Of a stretch of 64,000 nt of DNA, positions 37,122 to 47,227 are shown piece by piece; positions within the stretch are counted from its first letter, which is position 1, and the number at the start of each line of letters is the position of its first letter. Origin of the DNA: SAR324 cluster bacterium (GTDB lineage Bacteria; SAR324; NAC60-12); the NCBI GenBank assembly GCA_015232315.1, contig JADFZZ010000027.1:482-64481 (forward strand). The letters are read 5' to 3'. A program made the position numbers and the translations under genes. The notes beneath the pieces are model-generated. The model was given only the letters and a program-made list of their open reading frames with translations. It was not told where the DNA came from and did no database searches.

Positions 37122-38153
37122 TTGATGAACCCCTCAAAACACATAAAAAAGCGCTGGCAACGACGTCTGTATCGCTATCTGACACATGATGTGTTTGAAG
37201 GTCGGAGCGCCTTGCTGGACAGGATCATTTTCCGGTTATTTGGTGTCATCAACGCGATTGGCAAACGCATTTCACCGGAGTTGTTGAAAGATATCATCTA
37301 TCAGCGCCTTCTCCACTTTTTGCTAAAATCCCAGCCTTATGATGATGTCCCGCTTCAATCCATATCCGGTACCAGTGTGGAAGAAGCCATCTTTCTGGTT
37401 TACAAGAAAAAACGTTTCATGGAAGTCGCCCAACCGGGAGATGTGATTCTGGTTCGTGGCAATATGCGTATCAGTCGTGTGATTCAGACACTGACCCATT
37501 CGTCTTATAGCCATGCGGCTCTTTATATGGGACAGGGCGAAATCATCGAGGCGGAACCCGAAGGCGTGTTGTTGAGCTCGATTGACAAGTATCTGGCAAT
37601 GGATGTACGGATTTGCCGACCTGTGTTGTTGAGTGATCAGGGGGTTCAAACCGTGTTGGAACACGCACGGCACATGCTGAAAGAGCAGCCTCAATATGAT
37701 GTCAAGAACATTGAAAGTCTTCTCTTCAAGTATGTTTATAAAAAATTCAGACCTGATGTGAAAGCCTACATTGGCGGCACCACCCGGTTTGAAAAATATT
37801 ACATCTGTTCGGGTTTGATTGCCCATGGCTTTCATAAAGCAGGATACCCCATTGTTCCATCGCTAAGATTCCGGAAAAAACGTTCGCATACAATTCCAGA
37901 ACTTGAAACGCTCAAGGATTATTTCACATGGGTGTCCCACGGACACAAAAATTACAGCCAGATTGTTCCCGCTGATTTTGACAACAGTTCATTTTTCGCA
38001 ACTGTAAAATTTCTCTGCCAAAACGGGATTCCCCGCAGGCATCACAGAATTTTGATGGGGGTTGAAAATGCCGAAGAAACTTCTGTGGATACTCCGCCTC
38101 AACAAAAATCAGAGGAAGGTTCCTCTGGGGACCATGTCCAGGATTCCGCATAA
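37122..38153 (+). CDS. Permuted papain-like NlpC/P60 (YiiX/YaeF-like) amidase
   Basis: 'QPGDVILVRG', 'SYSHAALY', 'YD', 'YICSGLIA', 'P.DF'. Confidence 0.85.
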   Translation: MMNPSKHIKKRWQRRLYRYLTHDVFEGRSALLDRIIFRLFGVINAIGKRISPELLKDIIYQRLLHFLLKSQPYDDVPLQSISGTSVEEAIFLVYKKKRFMEVAQPGDVILVRGNMRISRVIQTLTHSSYSHAALYMGQGEIIEAEPEGVLLSSIDKYLAMDVRICRPVLLSDQGVQTVLEHARHMLKEQPQYDVKNIESLLFKYVYKKFRPDVKAYIGGTTRFEKYYICSGLIAHGFHKAGYPIVPSLRFRKKRSHTIPELETLKDYFTWVSHGHKNYSQIVPADFDNSSFFATVKFLCQNGIPRRHHRILMGVENAEETSVDTPPQQKSEEGSSGDHVQDSA

Positions 38154-38767
38154 CGTCGAATGATACTGGCGTCAATAGAGGCCTCTTGCATGACTCGCCC
38201 CAAACACCTGACCTTAGAATATTCCATAATAAATTGTTCTGTCGCTGAATTTTCAGGGCCGTTGAATACCATTCCATAAACAGAAATCCGTCTGTGTTTC
38301 AGCAGTTCCAGTGAAAGCAGAGTATGGTTGATACTCCCCAGATAATTTTTGGAAACCAGAACTACCGGGAGGTTTAATTGGGCGATCAGATCAATCATGA
38401 GCTTGTCATGATTCAGCGGGACCATCAATCCACCGGCGCCTTCAACAACCAGTGGATGCGATGTCTGGGGCAACCGGATCTGGTCCAACTCAATGTGAAC
38501 TCCGTCTAATTCTGCCGCCGCATGAGGGGACATTGGCCGAGACAACCGAAAGGCTTCAGGATGAACCCTGAAATGTGGATGAGAAACCCAGCGTGCCATC
38601 TGGTGTGAATCTGAATCTTCCAGATTTCCAGCCTGCACGGGTTTCCAATACTCGCCCTCCAGCTTCTGGGCTAGAATTGCTGAAACTACTGATTTGCCGA
38701 CATCTGTTCCAATTCCAGTGACAAACAATTGTTCAGGAGCCTTTGACATTCGGGCTTTTCCTTTCAT
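38099..38767 (-). CDS. bioD: Dethiobiotin synthase
   Basis: 'TGIGTDVGKS', 'YWKPVQAG', 'SPH.AA', 'EGAGGLMVP', 'LGSINHT'. Confidence 0.95.
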   Translation of the reverse strand: MKGKARMSKAPEQLFVTGIGTDVGKSVVSAILAQKLEGEYWKPVQAGNLEDSDSHQMARWVSHPHFRVHPEAFRLSRPMSPHAAAELDGVHIELDQIRLPQTSHPLVVEGAGGLMVPLNHDKLMIDLIAQLNLPVVLVSKNYLGSINHTLLSLELLKHRRISVYGMVFNGPENSATEQFIMEYSKVRCLGRVMQEASIDASIIRRYAESWTWSPEEPSSDFC

Positions 38768-40083
38768 GAATGCAAATAGAAAGAACGCATCAACCGGATC
38801 ATGAATTCGGTGTCATGGCTCCCGCACATTTCCCGGATCGAATGCATGGACAGCATGGCGGCACCGATATCTGCGGTCGGAATTCCCAAATCGCCGGAAA
38901 CATAAGGGCCAATCGTGCTTCCGCAAGCCAGATCGCCTCGACTTACGAACCGTTGAACAGGGATCTTTTCCTTCCGGGCCAGATTTTCCAGAATAGACTG
39001 GGTTGCGCCACTGGTTGCATAATTCCCTTTCACATTCACTTTGATCACCGGCCCCTGATTCATATGAGGAAAATGCTGGGCATCGTGCTTGTCTGAAAAA
39101 CTGGGATGTACGGCATGCGCCATATCCGCTGAAATCATGAGTGAGTGAGCCATGCTCCGTTCATAATCAGCCAGGGAATCGCTGTGAGTGTGTTGCACAA
39201 CGCGTGTGAGTACGCTCTTGAGAAAAGACGATCGTGCGCCATGGTCCGTCATACTGCCAATTTCCTCATGATCAAAACAGGCCATAACCGGAATCTGTCT
39301 GTGTTTCTCATCCGCACATCCCTGAAGTGCTGTCAGCGCGCAAAAACAGGAAAACAGGTTATCAATTCTGGAACTCACCAGAAATTCCTTGTTTTTGCCG
39401 GTCAACGCGCTTTTCTGGACATCATACAGACACAGATCAAAGCCAAGAATATCCTGAGGTGCCACGTGCAGATTTTCCCCCAACCATTCACGCAAAATAT
39501 CAGCCTGTTTATCATCGTTGGACTGTTTAATGCTGAATACCGGCAGAATTTGGGTTTGTTTGTTGAGGATCAATCCCTTGGTGTTGACCTCCCGATTCAG
39601 GTGTATGGCAAGCAACGGAATACGCAACAGGGGTTCATCAAACCGGACCAGATGTTTCTGGAGGGAACTATCCTGATTGGCGGTAAAGACCTGACCTGCC
39701 AGTGATAAATCACGATCTGTCCAACTGGCCAGAATCACTCCGCCATATTCTTCCACCCCAAGTTGCCAATATTCCTGTTGGCTGATGTTCGGGTTGGGCT
39801 TGATTCTGAGATTGGGACTGTCGGTATGGGCACCGATGATGCGGAATCCTTGTTCTGCCGGCTTATCATTCTGGATCCACGCGATCAATGAACCGCCACC
39901 CCGTGATACAAAATATCGTCCGCCTTTTTCGAGTTTCCAGGAATCGGTTTCTTTCAATTCTTCAAAACCTTGGGGTCTGAGACGCTGGACCAGACTTTCT
40001 ACCGCATGAAATGGGGTTGGAGATTCATCCAGAAAGTTCATCAAAGCCTGCGTTGAAATAACACTTTGAGTATCAGAAGACAT
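38764..40083 (-). CDS. M18 family (aspartyl) aminopeptidase
   Basis: 'SPTPFHAV', 'GAHTDSP', 'DHEEIGS', 'SADMAHA.HP', 'CGSTIGP', 'SMHSIRE'. Confidence 0.95.
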   Translation of the reverse strand: MSSDTQSVISTQALMNFLDESPTPFHAVESLVQRLRPQGFEELKETDSWKLEKGGRYFVSRGGGSLIAWIQNDKPAEQGFRIIGAHTDSPNLRIKPNPNISQQEYWQLGVEEYGGVILASWTDRDLSLAGQVFTANQDSSLQKHLVRFDEPLLRIPLLAIHLNREVNTKGLILNKQTQILPVFSIKQSNDDKQADILREWLGENLHVAPQDILGFDLCLYDVQKSALTGKNKEFLVSSRIDNLFSCFCALTALQGCADEKHRQIPVMACFDHEEIGSMTDHGARSSFLKSVLTRVVQHTHSDSLADYERSMAHSLMISADMAHAVHPSFSDKHDAQHFPHMNQGPVIKVNVKGNYATSGATQSILENLARKEKIPVQRFVSRGDLACGSTIGPYVSGDLGIPTADIGAAMLSMHSIREMCGSHDTEFMIRLMRSFYLHS

Positions 40084-40235
40084 TTGTTTCCATGAAGTAT
40101 GAGTTATCTTTGAGACATCGGGAATGACGGGCTATATCTACCCGCACCATGATTCGAGAGTCAAGTGTCGGAAGCTTTTGAAGGTTCAAGGTCAAAGATT
40201 GAAAACGATACGCTCTTCCAGATCATGTCTCTCGG

Positions 40236-41726
40236 CTATAACAGTGAAGAGGCCAGTTCCTGAAAATCCAGTTTGACCTGATATTGTGCCAGTAATCCTC
40301 CAAGCGAAATCAACACCCGGATCATCAGAATAAAACTGTCAGGAATTTCGACCTCCACTTCTTTGAGAATCTGGAGATAAAATTGTAATTGCAACAACCC
40401 TTCCTGTGGAACACTGGCATTATGCAGAGCGTCATTCAGGCGTTGCGGATCACTGACATGAAAGCCAGCCTGAGTGAGGATCGTCGCGTAATCCACATAC
40501 AAATGGAATAACAGTGCCAGCATTATTTTCTGAAAATGACTTGTTTCCTGAGGGGTAAGCCTTCCCAGAGCGCCATAATCAAGAATCGCAATTTGTCCGG
40601 TGGGGGTTACGAAAAAATTTCCGGGATGAGGGTCGGCATGAAATATACCCACAGAAAAAATCTGTTGCATAAAACTGCCAACCAGTTCCTTAAGCACCAG
40701 CGGAGCGACACCCGGAGTGTTCTTGAGAAAATCGCGCACAGGCATGCCTTCCACAAACTCCATGCCTAAGGTGCGTGTGGTGAGCAATTCAGGAATCAGC
40801 AGTGGAAATTTCCAGGTTGTTTTGCGGTAACTTGAGCAGAATTCATTCAAGTTTCGTGCTTCCTGATAATAATCCAGTTCAAGAAGAATACTGCGCGAGA
40901 GTTCTTTGATGAACTGTTTGACATCAATTCCTTCCACACGATTGACCAGTTGTGACACCATCTGGAAAAATTTGAGGTCCGCCTTGATCATTGCGGAAAC
41001 ATCAGGGTGCTGGATTTTAAGTGCTATCGGTTGGTTGTTTCGCTTGAGAATGCCTTTGTGGACTTGTGCAATGGACGCCGTTGCCACAGGAGTTCGGTCC
41101 AGTTCCAGAAACATCTGTTCCCACTCAGCTCCCAGTTCCTGAACCAGAATTTTTTCCACTTCAATCCATTCTGTCGCAGGAGCCTGGTCCTGTAACGTGC
41201 CAAGGTGATCCAGATAAACAAGGGGTAACCAATCGGCTCTGCAACTCAAAAACTGTGCGGCCTTGATCCATGCGCCTTTTTGTCGTTTACACAGGTCGGT
41301 CAGTTCGATGGCGTTTTTTTCATGCAACAGAGCCTCTTTCTGAAGTTTTTCCTCTTCGTTGAGTCGAGAGGAATAATACTGAAACAACCTGGTTCGGATG
41401 ACGATGGACATGATCACCTGAACGGCATCAACATATCGGTCACCAAACTGAACAATGCCTCCCATCTCCAGCCAGACCTGCTTGAAACGTGACTCAACCT
41501 GTTCAAAAAGTCTGGAAACATCCAGGTTTTCAGGAAGAATCCCTGAAAGAAACACCATGAGTTGCTGTTCAACCTGAGACATTTGAGTTCCAAGGTCAAA
41601 AGGCAATTCACGCAACACTTTTTGAAGTTTAGGGTCAGAAATGACTTCTTCCAGCCATTGTCCTGTATGCTGTCCAATCTCTTCCAAAAATCGTTTGGAA
41701 CTCCGAAACAACTTGTCTAACGGCAT
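40236..41726 (-). CDS. ABC1/UbiB atypical kinase family protein
   Basis: 'IKAAQFLS', 'ATASIAQVHKG', 'ALKIQHP', 'FHADPHPGN', 'LDYG'. Confidence 0.92.
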   Translation of the reverse strand: MPLDKLFRSSKRFLEEIGQHTGQWLEEVISDPKLQKVLRELPFDLGTQMSQVEQQLMVFLSGILPENLDVSRLFEQVESRFKQVWLEMGGIVQFGDRYVDAVQVIMSIVIRTRLFQYYSSRLNEEEKLQKEALLHEKNAIELTDLCKRQKGAWIKAAQFLSCRADWLPLVYLDHLGTLQDQAPATEWIEVEKILVQELGAEWEQMFLELDRTPVATASIAQVHKGILKRNNQPIALKIQHPDVSAMIKADLKFFQMVSQLVNRVEGIDVKQFIKELSRSILLELDYYQEARNLNEFCSSYRKTTWKFPLLIPELLTTRTLGMEFVEGMPVRDFLKNTPGVAPLVLKELVGSFMQQIFSVGIFHADPHPGNFFVTPTGQIAILDYGALGRLTPQETSHFQKIMLALLFHLYVDYATILTQAGFHVSDPQRLNDALHNASVPQEGLLQLQFYLQILKEVEVEIPDSFILMIRVLISLGGLLAQYQVKLDFQELASSLL

Positions 41727-41869
41727 AATAAGTTTCTCAGATAAAGTTTCATAAAATCGATAACAGTGCTTATTTTAACACAATAATCACTTGCACTTTT
41801 TACCCCTATTTTTTAGTGTGCGTCACTAATTTTATTACATGGAACCTACCCAAAATATGGACTCTTCTT

Positions 41870-43162
41870 ATGTTACCCATCATCAATAAAATATGCATTG
41901 TCGGCTTGGGGTATGTTGGTCTTCCTCTGGCAGTGGAATTCGCAAAAAAATTTAAAGTCGTTGGCTTTGACAAAAAACAACACCGTATTGAAGAACTGCA
42001 AAACGGCATTGATCGTACCCGCGAAGTAGACACTGAAGAACTGAAATCTGTCTCTATTGAATTTACAGCAGATCCAGCCCAAATCGGTCAATGTGAGTTT
42101 ATTATTGTCGCGGTACCGACACCCGTTACCGACAGCAAAATCCCAGACCTCACACCACTGATCAGTGCCTCAAAAACGATTGGCCAGAACATGTCACGGG
42201 GAAGTATTATTGTCTATGAATCAACCGTGTATCCCGGGGCTACCGAAGAAGATTGTGTTCCGGTTTTGGAAAATGCGTCCGGCCTGAAATGCGGAGTTGA
42301 TTTCAAGGTAGGTTATTCTCCGGAACGAGTCAATCCGGGAGATAGACAACACCGAATCACACAAATCACCAAGGTTGTTTCCGGAATGGATGCCGCTTCC
42401 TTGAAAGTTGTTTCCTCCGTTTATGGAAGTATTATCACCGCAGGTATTTTTGAAGCCGCATCTATCAAGGTCGCTGAAGCCGCAAAAGTGATTGAAAATA
42501 CTCAGCGTGATCTGAATATTGCTTTGATGAATGAACTCGCGCTTATTTTTGATAAAATGGGAATTCGTACCGCCGATGTGCTTGCGGCGGCTGGTACCAA
42601 ATGGAATTTTCTTAAATTTTCCCCTGGCCTTGTGGGCGGACACTGTATTGGCGTGGACCCCTATTACCTGACGCACAAAGCACTGTCACTGGGCTATCAT
42701 CCTGCCATGATCCTTGCCGGTCGTGGAATCAATGACAATATGGGCAGGGAAATTGTTACCAAAGTCATTCGTTTGCTCGTTCATGCGCATAAACGCCTGA
42801 CATCTTCCAAAATTCTGATTCTGGGATTTTCCTTCAAAGAAAACATTCCCGACACACGCAATACCAAAGTGATTGATCTGGTTCATGAATTCAAGGACTG
42901 GGGTTGCCAGGTCGATGTCTATGATCCGGTTGCTGATCAGGAAGAAGCTCACGAAGAATATGAAATTGAATTTATTTCGACACCCCGGGCAGGCTCATAT
43001 GATGCTGTTGTTATGGCTGTGATGCATCAGTGTTTCATCGCTGAAGGACCTCAATATATCATGCAATGGCTGAAATCTGATGAAGAGGGTGTATTTGTAG
43101 ACATCAAATCCTGCTTTCACCAAAATGATTTTCCTGAAACGGTCAAATACTGGTGTTTATAG
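41870..43162 (+). CDS. UDP-HexNAc 6-dehydrogenase (WbpO/TviB-like nucleotide sugar dehydrogenase)
   Basis: 'GLGYVGLPLA', 'YESTVYPG', 'SPERVNPGD', 'KVIENTQRD', 'GGHCIGVDP'. Confidence 0.92.
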   Translation: MLPIINKICIVGLGYVGLPLAVEFAKKFKVVGFDKKQHRIEELQNGIDRTREVDTEELKSVSIEFTADPAQIGQCEFIIVAVPTPVTDSKIPDLTPLISASKTIGQNMSRGSIIVYESTVYPGATEEDCVPVLENASGLKCGVDFKVGYSPERVNPGDRQHRITQITKVVSGMDAASLKVVSSVYGSIITAGIFEAASIKVAEAAKVIENTQRDLNIALMNELALIFDKMGIRTADVLAAAGTKWNFLKFSPGLVGGHCIGVDPYYLTHKALSLGYHPAMILAGRGINDNMGREIVTKVIRLLVHAHKRLTSSKILILGFSFKENIPDTRNTKVIDLVHEFKDWGCQVDVYDPVADQEEAHEEYEIEFISTPRAGSYDAVVMAVMHQCFIAEGPQYIMQWLKSDEEGVFVDIKSCFHQNDFPETVKYWCL

Positions 43163-43192
43163 TGTCTGACCTCCTTTGTTCACTTCATTTCA

Positions 43193-44359
43193 ATGAATCC
43201 TATGCTGATTGTAATCCCCAAAGAAATCGCTGACGGAGAAAACAGGGTAGCGGTCATTCCGCAAACGCTTGCGGCCCTGAAAAAAGCAAAACTGGATATT
43301 GTCGTCCAGAGCGGTGCTGGCGCAAGAGCTTTCATTTCTGATGAGGCTTATGCCAATGCAGGTGCCGTGATTGAAACCGATGTCCGGGCCATGTTTGCCA
43401 AAGCGGATGTAGTCCTGAAAATTCAGCCGCCAATGCAAAATAACGACGTGAACTGCCACGAAGTGGATATGCTCAAAGAGGGCAGTATCCTTATCTCTCT
43501 GCTGGATGCCTATTCCCAACTGGATGTCCTGAAAAAAATGGCTGAACGCAATATCACCACTTTCGGGTTGGAGTTTGTTCCCAGAACCACACGTGCGCAG
43601 AGCATGGACGTTCTGAGTTCAATGGCGGCAATCGCCGGCTATAGTGCAGTGCTGGAAAGTGCGGCTCTGCTACCAAAATATTTCCCGATGCTGATGACTG
43701 CCGCAGGAACCATCACACCAGCCAAAGTTTTTGTTATCGGGGCCGGCGTTGCCGGTTTGATGGCTATTTCCACAGCCAAGCGTCTGGGTGCGGTGGTGGA
43801 AGCCTATGACACTCGTCCTGTCGTTAAAGAACAGGTGGAAAGTCTGGGCGCCAAATTTGTTGAATTTGATCTTGGCACTCAGGATGCGCAGGACAAAGGC
43901 GGCTATGCCAAAGCGCAGTCAGAGGACTTTTATCGGAAACAACAGGAACAGATGGCCGCCAAAGTGGCGACTGTGGATGTTGTGATCACCACTGCCGCGA
44001 TTCCCGGGAAACCATCGCCCCGTCTGATCACAGATGCGATGATTCAACAAATGCATACCGGTTCCGTCATTGTGGATCTGGCCGCTGAACGAGGGGGTAA
44101 CGCCGAAGGCACCGTATGCGGACAAATTGTGGAAAAACATGGGGTGAAACTGGTGGGATATATAGATTATCCTTCCAGAAAATCGGTGCATGCTTCCCAG
44201 TTGTTTTCCAAAAACATCAGCACATTCTTGCTGAATATGGTCAAAGATGGTGCGCTGAATCTGAATATGGAAGACGAAATCATTAAAGGAGCACTTGTTG
44301 TGCATGAAAAACAGATTGTGCATCCGGCGTTAAAGCCTTTATTGGAACAACCACAATAA
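43193..44359 (+). CDS. pntAa: NAD(P) transhydrogenase alpha subunit part 1
   Basis: 'RAQSMDVLSS', 'MLMTAAGT', 'GAGVAGL', 'GGYAK', 'DLAAERGGN'. Confidence 0.95.
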   Translation: MNPMLIVIPKEIADGENRVAVIPQTLAALKKAKLDIVVQSGAGARAFISDEAYANAGAVIETDVRAMFAKADVVLKIQPPMQNNDVNCHEVDMLKEGSILISLLDAYSQLDVLKKMAERNITTFGLEFVPRTTRAQSMDVLSSMAAIAGYSAVLESAALLPKYFPMLMTAAGTITPAKVFVIGAGVAGLMAISTAKRLGAVVEAYDTRPVVKEQVESLGAKFVEFDLGTQDAQDKGGYAKAQSEDFYRKQQEQMAAKVATVDVVITTAAIPGKPSPRLITDAMIQQMHTGSVIVDLAAERGGNAEGTVCGQIVEKHGVKLVGYIDYPSRKSVHASQLFSKNISTFLLNMVKDGALNLNMEDEIIKGALVVHEKQIVHPALKPLLEQPQ

Positions 44360-44375
44360 CAGAGGAGAGGTTTGC

Positions 44376-44669
44376 ATGGAGATATTCATTACATCATTAA
44401 CCGTTTTTGTGCTGGCATTGTTTGTCGGTTACGAAGTGATCACCAAGGTGCCGCCGACGTTGCATACGCCGTTGATGAGCGGTTCCAACGCGATTTCAGG
44501 AATCACTATCATTGGTGCGATTTTGCTGGCTGGCGGCAGTGAACACAGTACCTGGTTTTCATCGTTTCTGGGCTTTCTGGCCATTGTTTTCGCCATGATC
44601 AATATCGTTGGCGGATTTTTAGTGACTGACCGTATGCTGCAAATGTTTAAACGTAAAAAGAAAGGGTGA
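44376..44669 (+). CDS. pntAb: NAD(P) transhydrogenase alpha subunit part 2
   Basis: 'VPPTLHTPLMSGSNAISG', 'GGFLVTDRMLQMF'. Confidence 0.95.
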   Translation: MEIFITSLTVFVLALFVGYEVITKVPPTLHTPLMSGSNAISGITIIGAILLAGGSEHSTWFSSFLGFLAIVFAMINIVGGFLVTDRMLQMFKRKKKG

Positions 44670-46078
44670 TCATGGCACTAATCATTAACATTGCTTATCT
44701 GGTCTCTGCGGTTCTGTTTATCACTGGACTCAAGGGACTTAGTTCTCCGAAAACCGCTCCACTTGGAAACAAGCAAGGGGCTGTCGGCATGCTGATCGCA
44801 GTGCTTGCGACACTGCTGGATCGTAACGTATTGAGTTATGGATGGATTATTTTGGGAATCATCATTGGTTCCGGTATTGGTGTCTGGCTGGCAAAAAAAG
44901 TACAGATGACACAAATGCCACAAATGGTGGCTCTGCTCAATGGACTTGGGGGTGGTGCATCCCTGTTGGTGGCCGCGGCCGCCTATCTGGAAGAAGTCAG
45001 TATGGTGGCGGCTGGTTCCGCGGAACCTGGAATCGATTGGTCTGTCGCGCTGGTTCTCAGCGGTTTGATTGGTGCGGTGACACTATCCGGAAGTCTTGTG
45101 GCTTATGCCAAACTCGAAGGCCACATGGAAAACGCGTTCAAGATCCCCAATGAGAAAAATGTTCGTTTTGGCTCTGTAGGGTTATTGGCTCTGTTTTCCT
45201 TGGTGATATTGTTTGATCCAGCCAACAGCGGCTTCAGCTTGCTGATGGTTTTTGTCATCTCACTGGGACTTGGTGTTTTGCTGGTGATGGGGATCGGTGG
45301 GGCCGATATGCCGGTTGTGATTGCCCTGTTGAACTCTTATTCAGGTCTGGCCGCCGCCGCCACAGGTTTTATTCTGAACAACAATGGACTGATCATCAGT
45401 GGTTCGCTGGTAGGTGCCTCAGGACTGATTCTGAGTAGCATCATGTGTAAAGCCATGAACCGGTCACTGGTCAACGTCCTGTTTGGGGGCGCGATCGTCA
45501 GCGATGACGCCAAAGCGGCCCTGCCAGGTAAAGAATTTTATGAAGGCAAAGTCAAAAGCACTGGACCTGATGAAGTTGCCATGTTGCTGGATGGTGCTCA
45601 GAAAGTTGTGTTTGTTCCTGGGTATGGTCTTGCTGTTGCTCAGGCACAGCATGTCACTCGTGAACTGGCAGACATGCTGATCAAAAAAGGCATTGATGTC
45701 AAATACGCGATTCATCCAGTTGCGGGAAGAATGCCCGGACACATGAACGTCCTGTTGGCTGAAGCAGAAGTTCCCTACGAACAACTGGTGGAAATGGATG
45801 CCATTAATCCTGAATTTGCCCAGACAGATGTGGCCATTATTCTTGGCGCCAATGATGTCACCAATCCTGCGGCCCGTGATGATAAAAGCAGTCCTATTTT
45901 TGGAATGCCGATTCTGGAAGTTGATAAATCCAGAACTGTTGTGGTGGTTAAACGTAGCCTGAGTCCAGGTTTTGCGGGAATTCCCAATCAGTTGTTTATC
46001 AACGAAAACTCATTGATGATGTTCAGTGATGCCAAAGAAGCATTGCAGGGAATTATCAATTCAATGAAAGAATTGTAA
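44666..46078 (+). CDS. pntB: NAD(P) transhydrogenase beta subunit
   Basis: 'IGGADMPVVIALLNSYSG', 'PGYGLAVAQAQH', 'HPVAGRMPGHMNVLLAEA'. Confidence 0.97.
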   Translation: MIMALIINIAYLVSAVLFITGLKGLSSPKTAPLGNKQGAVGMLIAVLATLLDRNVLSYGWIILGIIIGSGIGVWLAKKVQMTQMPQMVALLNGLGGGASLLVAAAAYLEEVSMVAAGSAEPGIDWSVALVLSGLIGAVTLSGSLVAYAKLEGHMENAFKIPNEKNVRFGSVGLLALFSLVILFDPANSGFSLLMVFVISLGLGVLLVMGIGGADMPVVIALLNSYSGLAAAATGFILNNNGLIISGSLVGASGLILSSIMCKAMNRSLVNVLFGGAIVSDDAKAALPGKEFYEGKVKSTGPDEVAMLLDGAQKVVFVPGYGLAVAQAQHVTRELADMLIKKGIDVKYAIHPVAGRMPGHMNVLLAEAEVPYEQLVEMDAINPEFAQTDVAIILGANDVTNPAARDDKSSPIFGMPILEVDKSRTVVVVKRSLSPGFAGIPNQLFINENSLMMFSDAKEALQGIINSMKEL

Positions 46079-46094
46079 AAAGCCCCATAGTTTT

Positions 46095-46122
46095 GGTTCC
46101 CAATGTTTTTCTATTGGGAACC
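46095..46122. terminator. Hairpin after pntB (terminator-like or REP-like)
   Basis: ggttcccaat-N8-attgggaacc 10-bp stem between convergent genes. Confidence 0.5.
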
Positions 46123-46158
46123 GTCTTCTCCGCATTGTCTTTCCCTCACCACACGTTT

Positions 46159-46311
46159 AAGAAAATCGTCTGAAGTCTCATTCCCCTGTGAAATGTTCAA
46201 CATGACCCACCTCCGGTAAGTGCGAAGCAGAGCTTCGCCTGAGGGATAACGTGCCCCACTGGCGTAGGGCACGAGCAAAAGAAAATCGTCTGAAGTCTCA
46301 TTCCCCTGTGA
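46159..46311. repeat. 33-bp perfect direct repeat enclosing repeat B
   Basis: aagaaaatcgtctgaagtctcattcccctgtga at 46159-46191 and 46279-46311; three-hairpin element at 46201-46277 between them. Confidence 0.9.
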
Positions 46312-46312
46312 G

Positions 46313-47227
46313 TTAGTCTGACATTTTCCAGGCACGATAAGTCTGGATCTGCCAGATACGTTGTTTGTACAATTGGACAAACCCTTCCGCATACATTTGG
46401 TCGCCTATAGCCAGATGCGCAGAACCCTGCATTTCCCGCTGATGCTCAAACCAGACAACTGAGATTTCATTGTCTCCGGAAGACTCAAACACATACAATT
46501 GGACACCTTTATTGAAATTTCTGATTTTTTTAATCTGGCCTTCCATGCGGACAAACCTCCCTTCAAAACGCTTTGGCGCGAACTCACCGGCTTGGAGCAA
46601 TTCTGGAATAAACAAGGGGTTCTGAGTGGAAAAAATCGTTTTTCCTTCACTCTGAAGTCGTTTCAAATATCTTTGCCGGGAAGCCGAAGTACTCCAGATT
46701 CCCCGATGACGATTGAACGCAAGCGCTTCCGCCCGGGCATAATCATTAAAGTTATGAGGAAAACCAAAACGCGTGTCGAAATAACTGTGACCTTCACGGA
46801 TCAACAACAGATTTCCGTTCTGTTGTCTGACTTCCAGAATCGCCAGTAACCGCTGATGTTTGTCGTATTTGTTTTGAGGATTGATCCAGAGGGCAAGAGG
46901 TTTCTTGTTCAACAGGGAATCAAGAAATACTTTGGCGGGAAGACCAAATTTCAGGTCCTGACCTTTGTGCGATTCTGAAAGTTCAGGTGTATCTACAAAC
47001 AGTAACCGGATACTTTCATGTTTGGGCGCATATTGACCATTGGCATTCAGATCCGCTTTGAAGGTATCGCCATCGACCACAGTTTTCATGGTATCCGGAA
47101 TGGGGAAACGGATCCAATGGTCAGGAATTCCTTCCAGAGCATAGACTGAAACCACAAATGACAACAGAAGTATCACCAGCAGAATTCGTTGGGCACAATT
47201 CACACTGTCACCGTTTTTTCCGGTCAA
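46313..47227 (-). CDS. Secreted thermonuclease (SNase) with C-terminal OB-fold-like domain
   Basis: 'VVDGDT', 'IRLLFVDTPE', 'DKHQRLLA', 'AE..A...RGIW'; N-terminal hydrophobic segment. Confidence 0.85.
   Translation of the reverse strand: MTGKNGDSVNCAQRILLVILLLSFVVSVYALEGIPDHWIRFPIPDTMKTVVDGDTFKADLNANGQYAPKHESIRLLFVDTPELSESHKGQDLKFGLPAKVFLDSLLNKKPLALWINPQNKYDKHQRLLAILEVRQQNGNLLLIREGHSYFDTRFGFPHNFNDYARAEALAFNRHRGIWSTSASRQRYLKRLQSEGKTIFSTQNPLFIPELLQAGEFAPKRFEGRFVRMEGQIKKIRNFNKGVQLYVFESSGDNEISVVWFEHQREMQGSAHLAIGDQMYAEGFVQLYKQRIWQIQTYRAWKMSD

Noticed and set aside
46159-46311. Mini-CRISPR array (two 33-bp repeats)
   Set aside because: Only two repeats; the 87-bp spacer is itself a genomic repeat; no cas genes in the window
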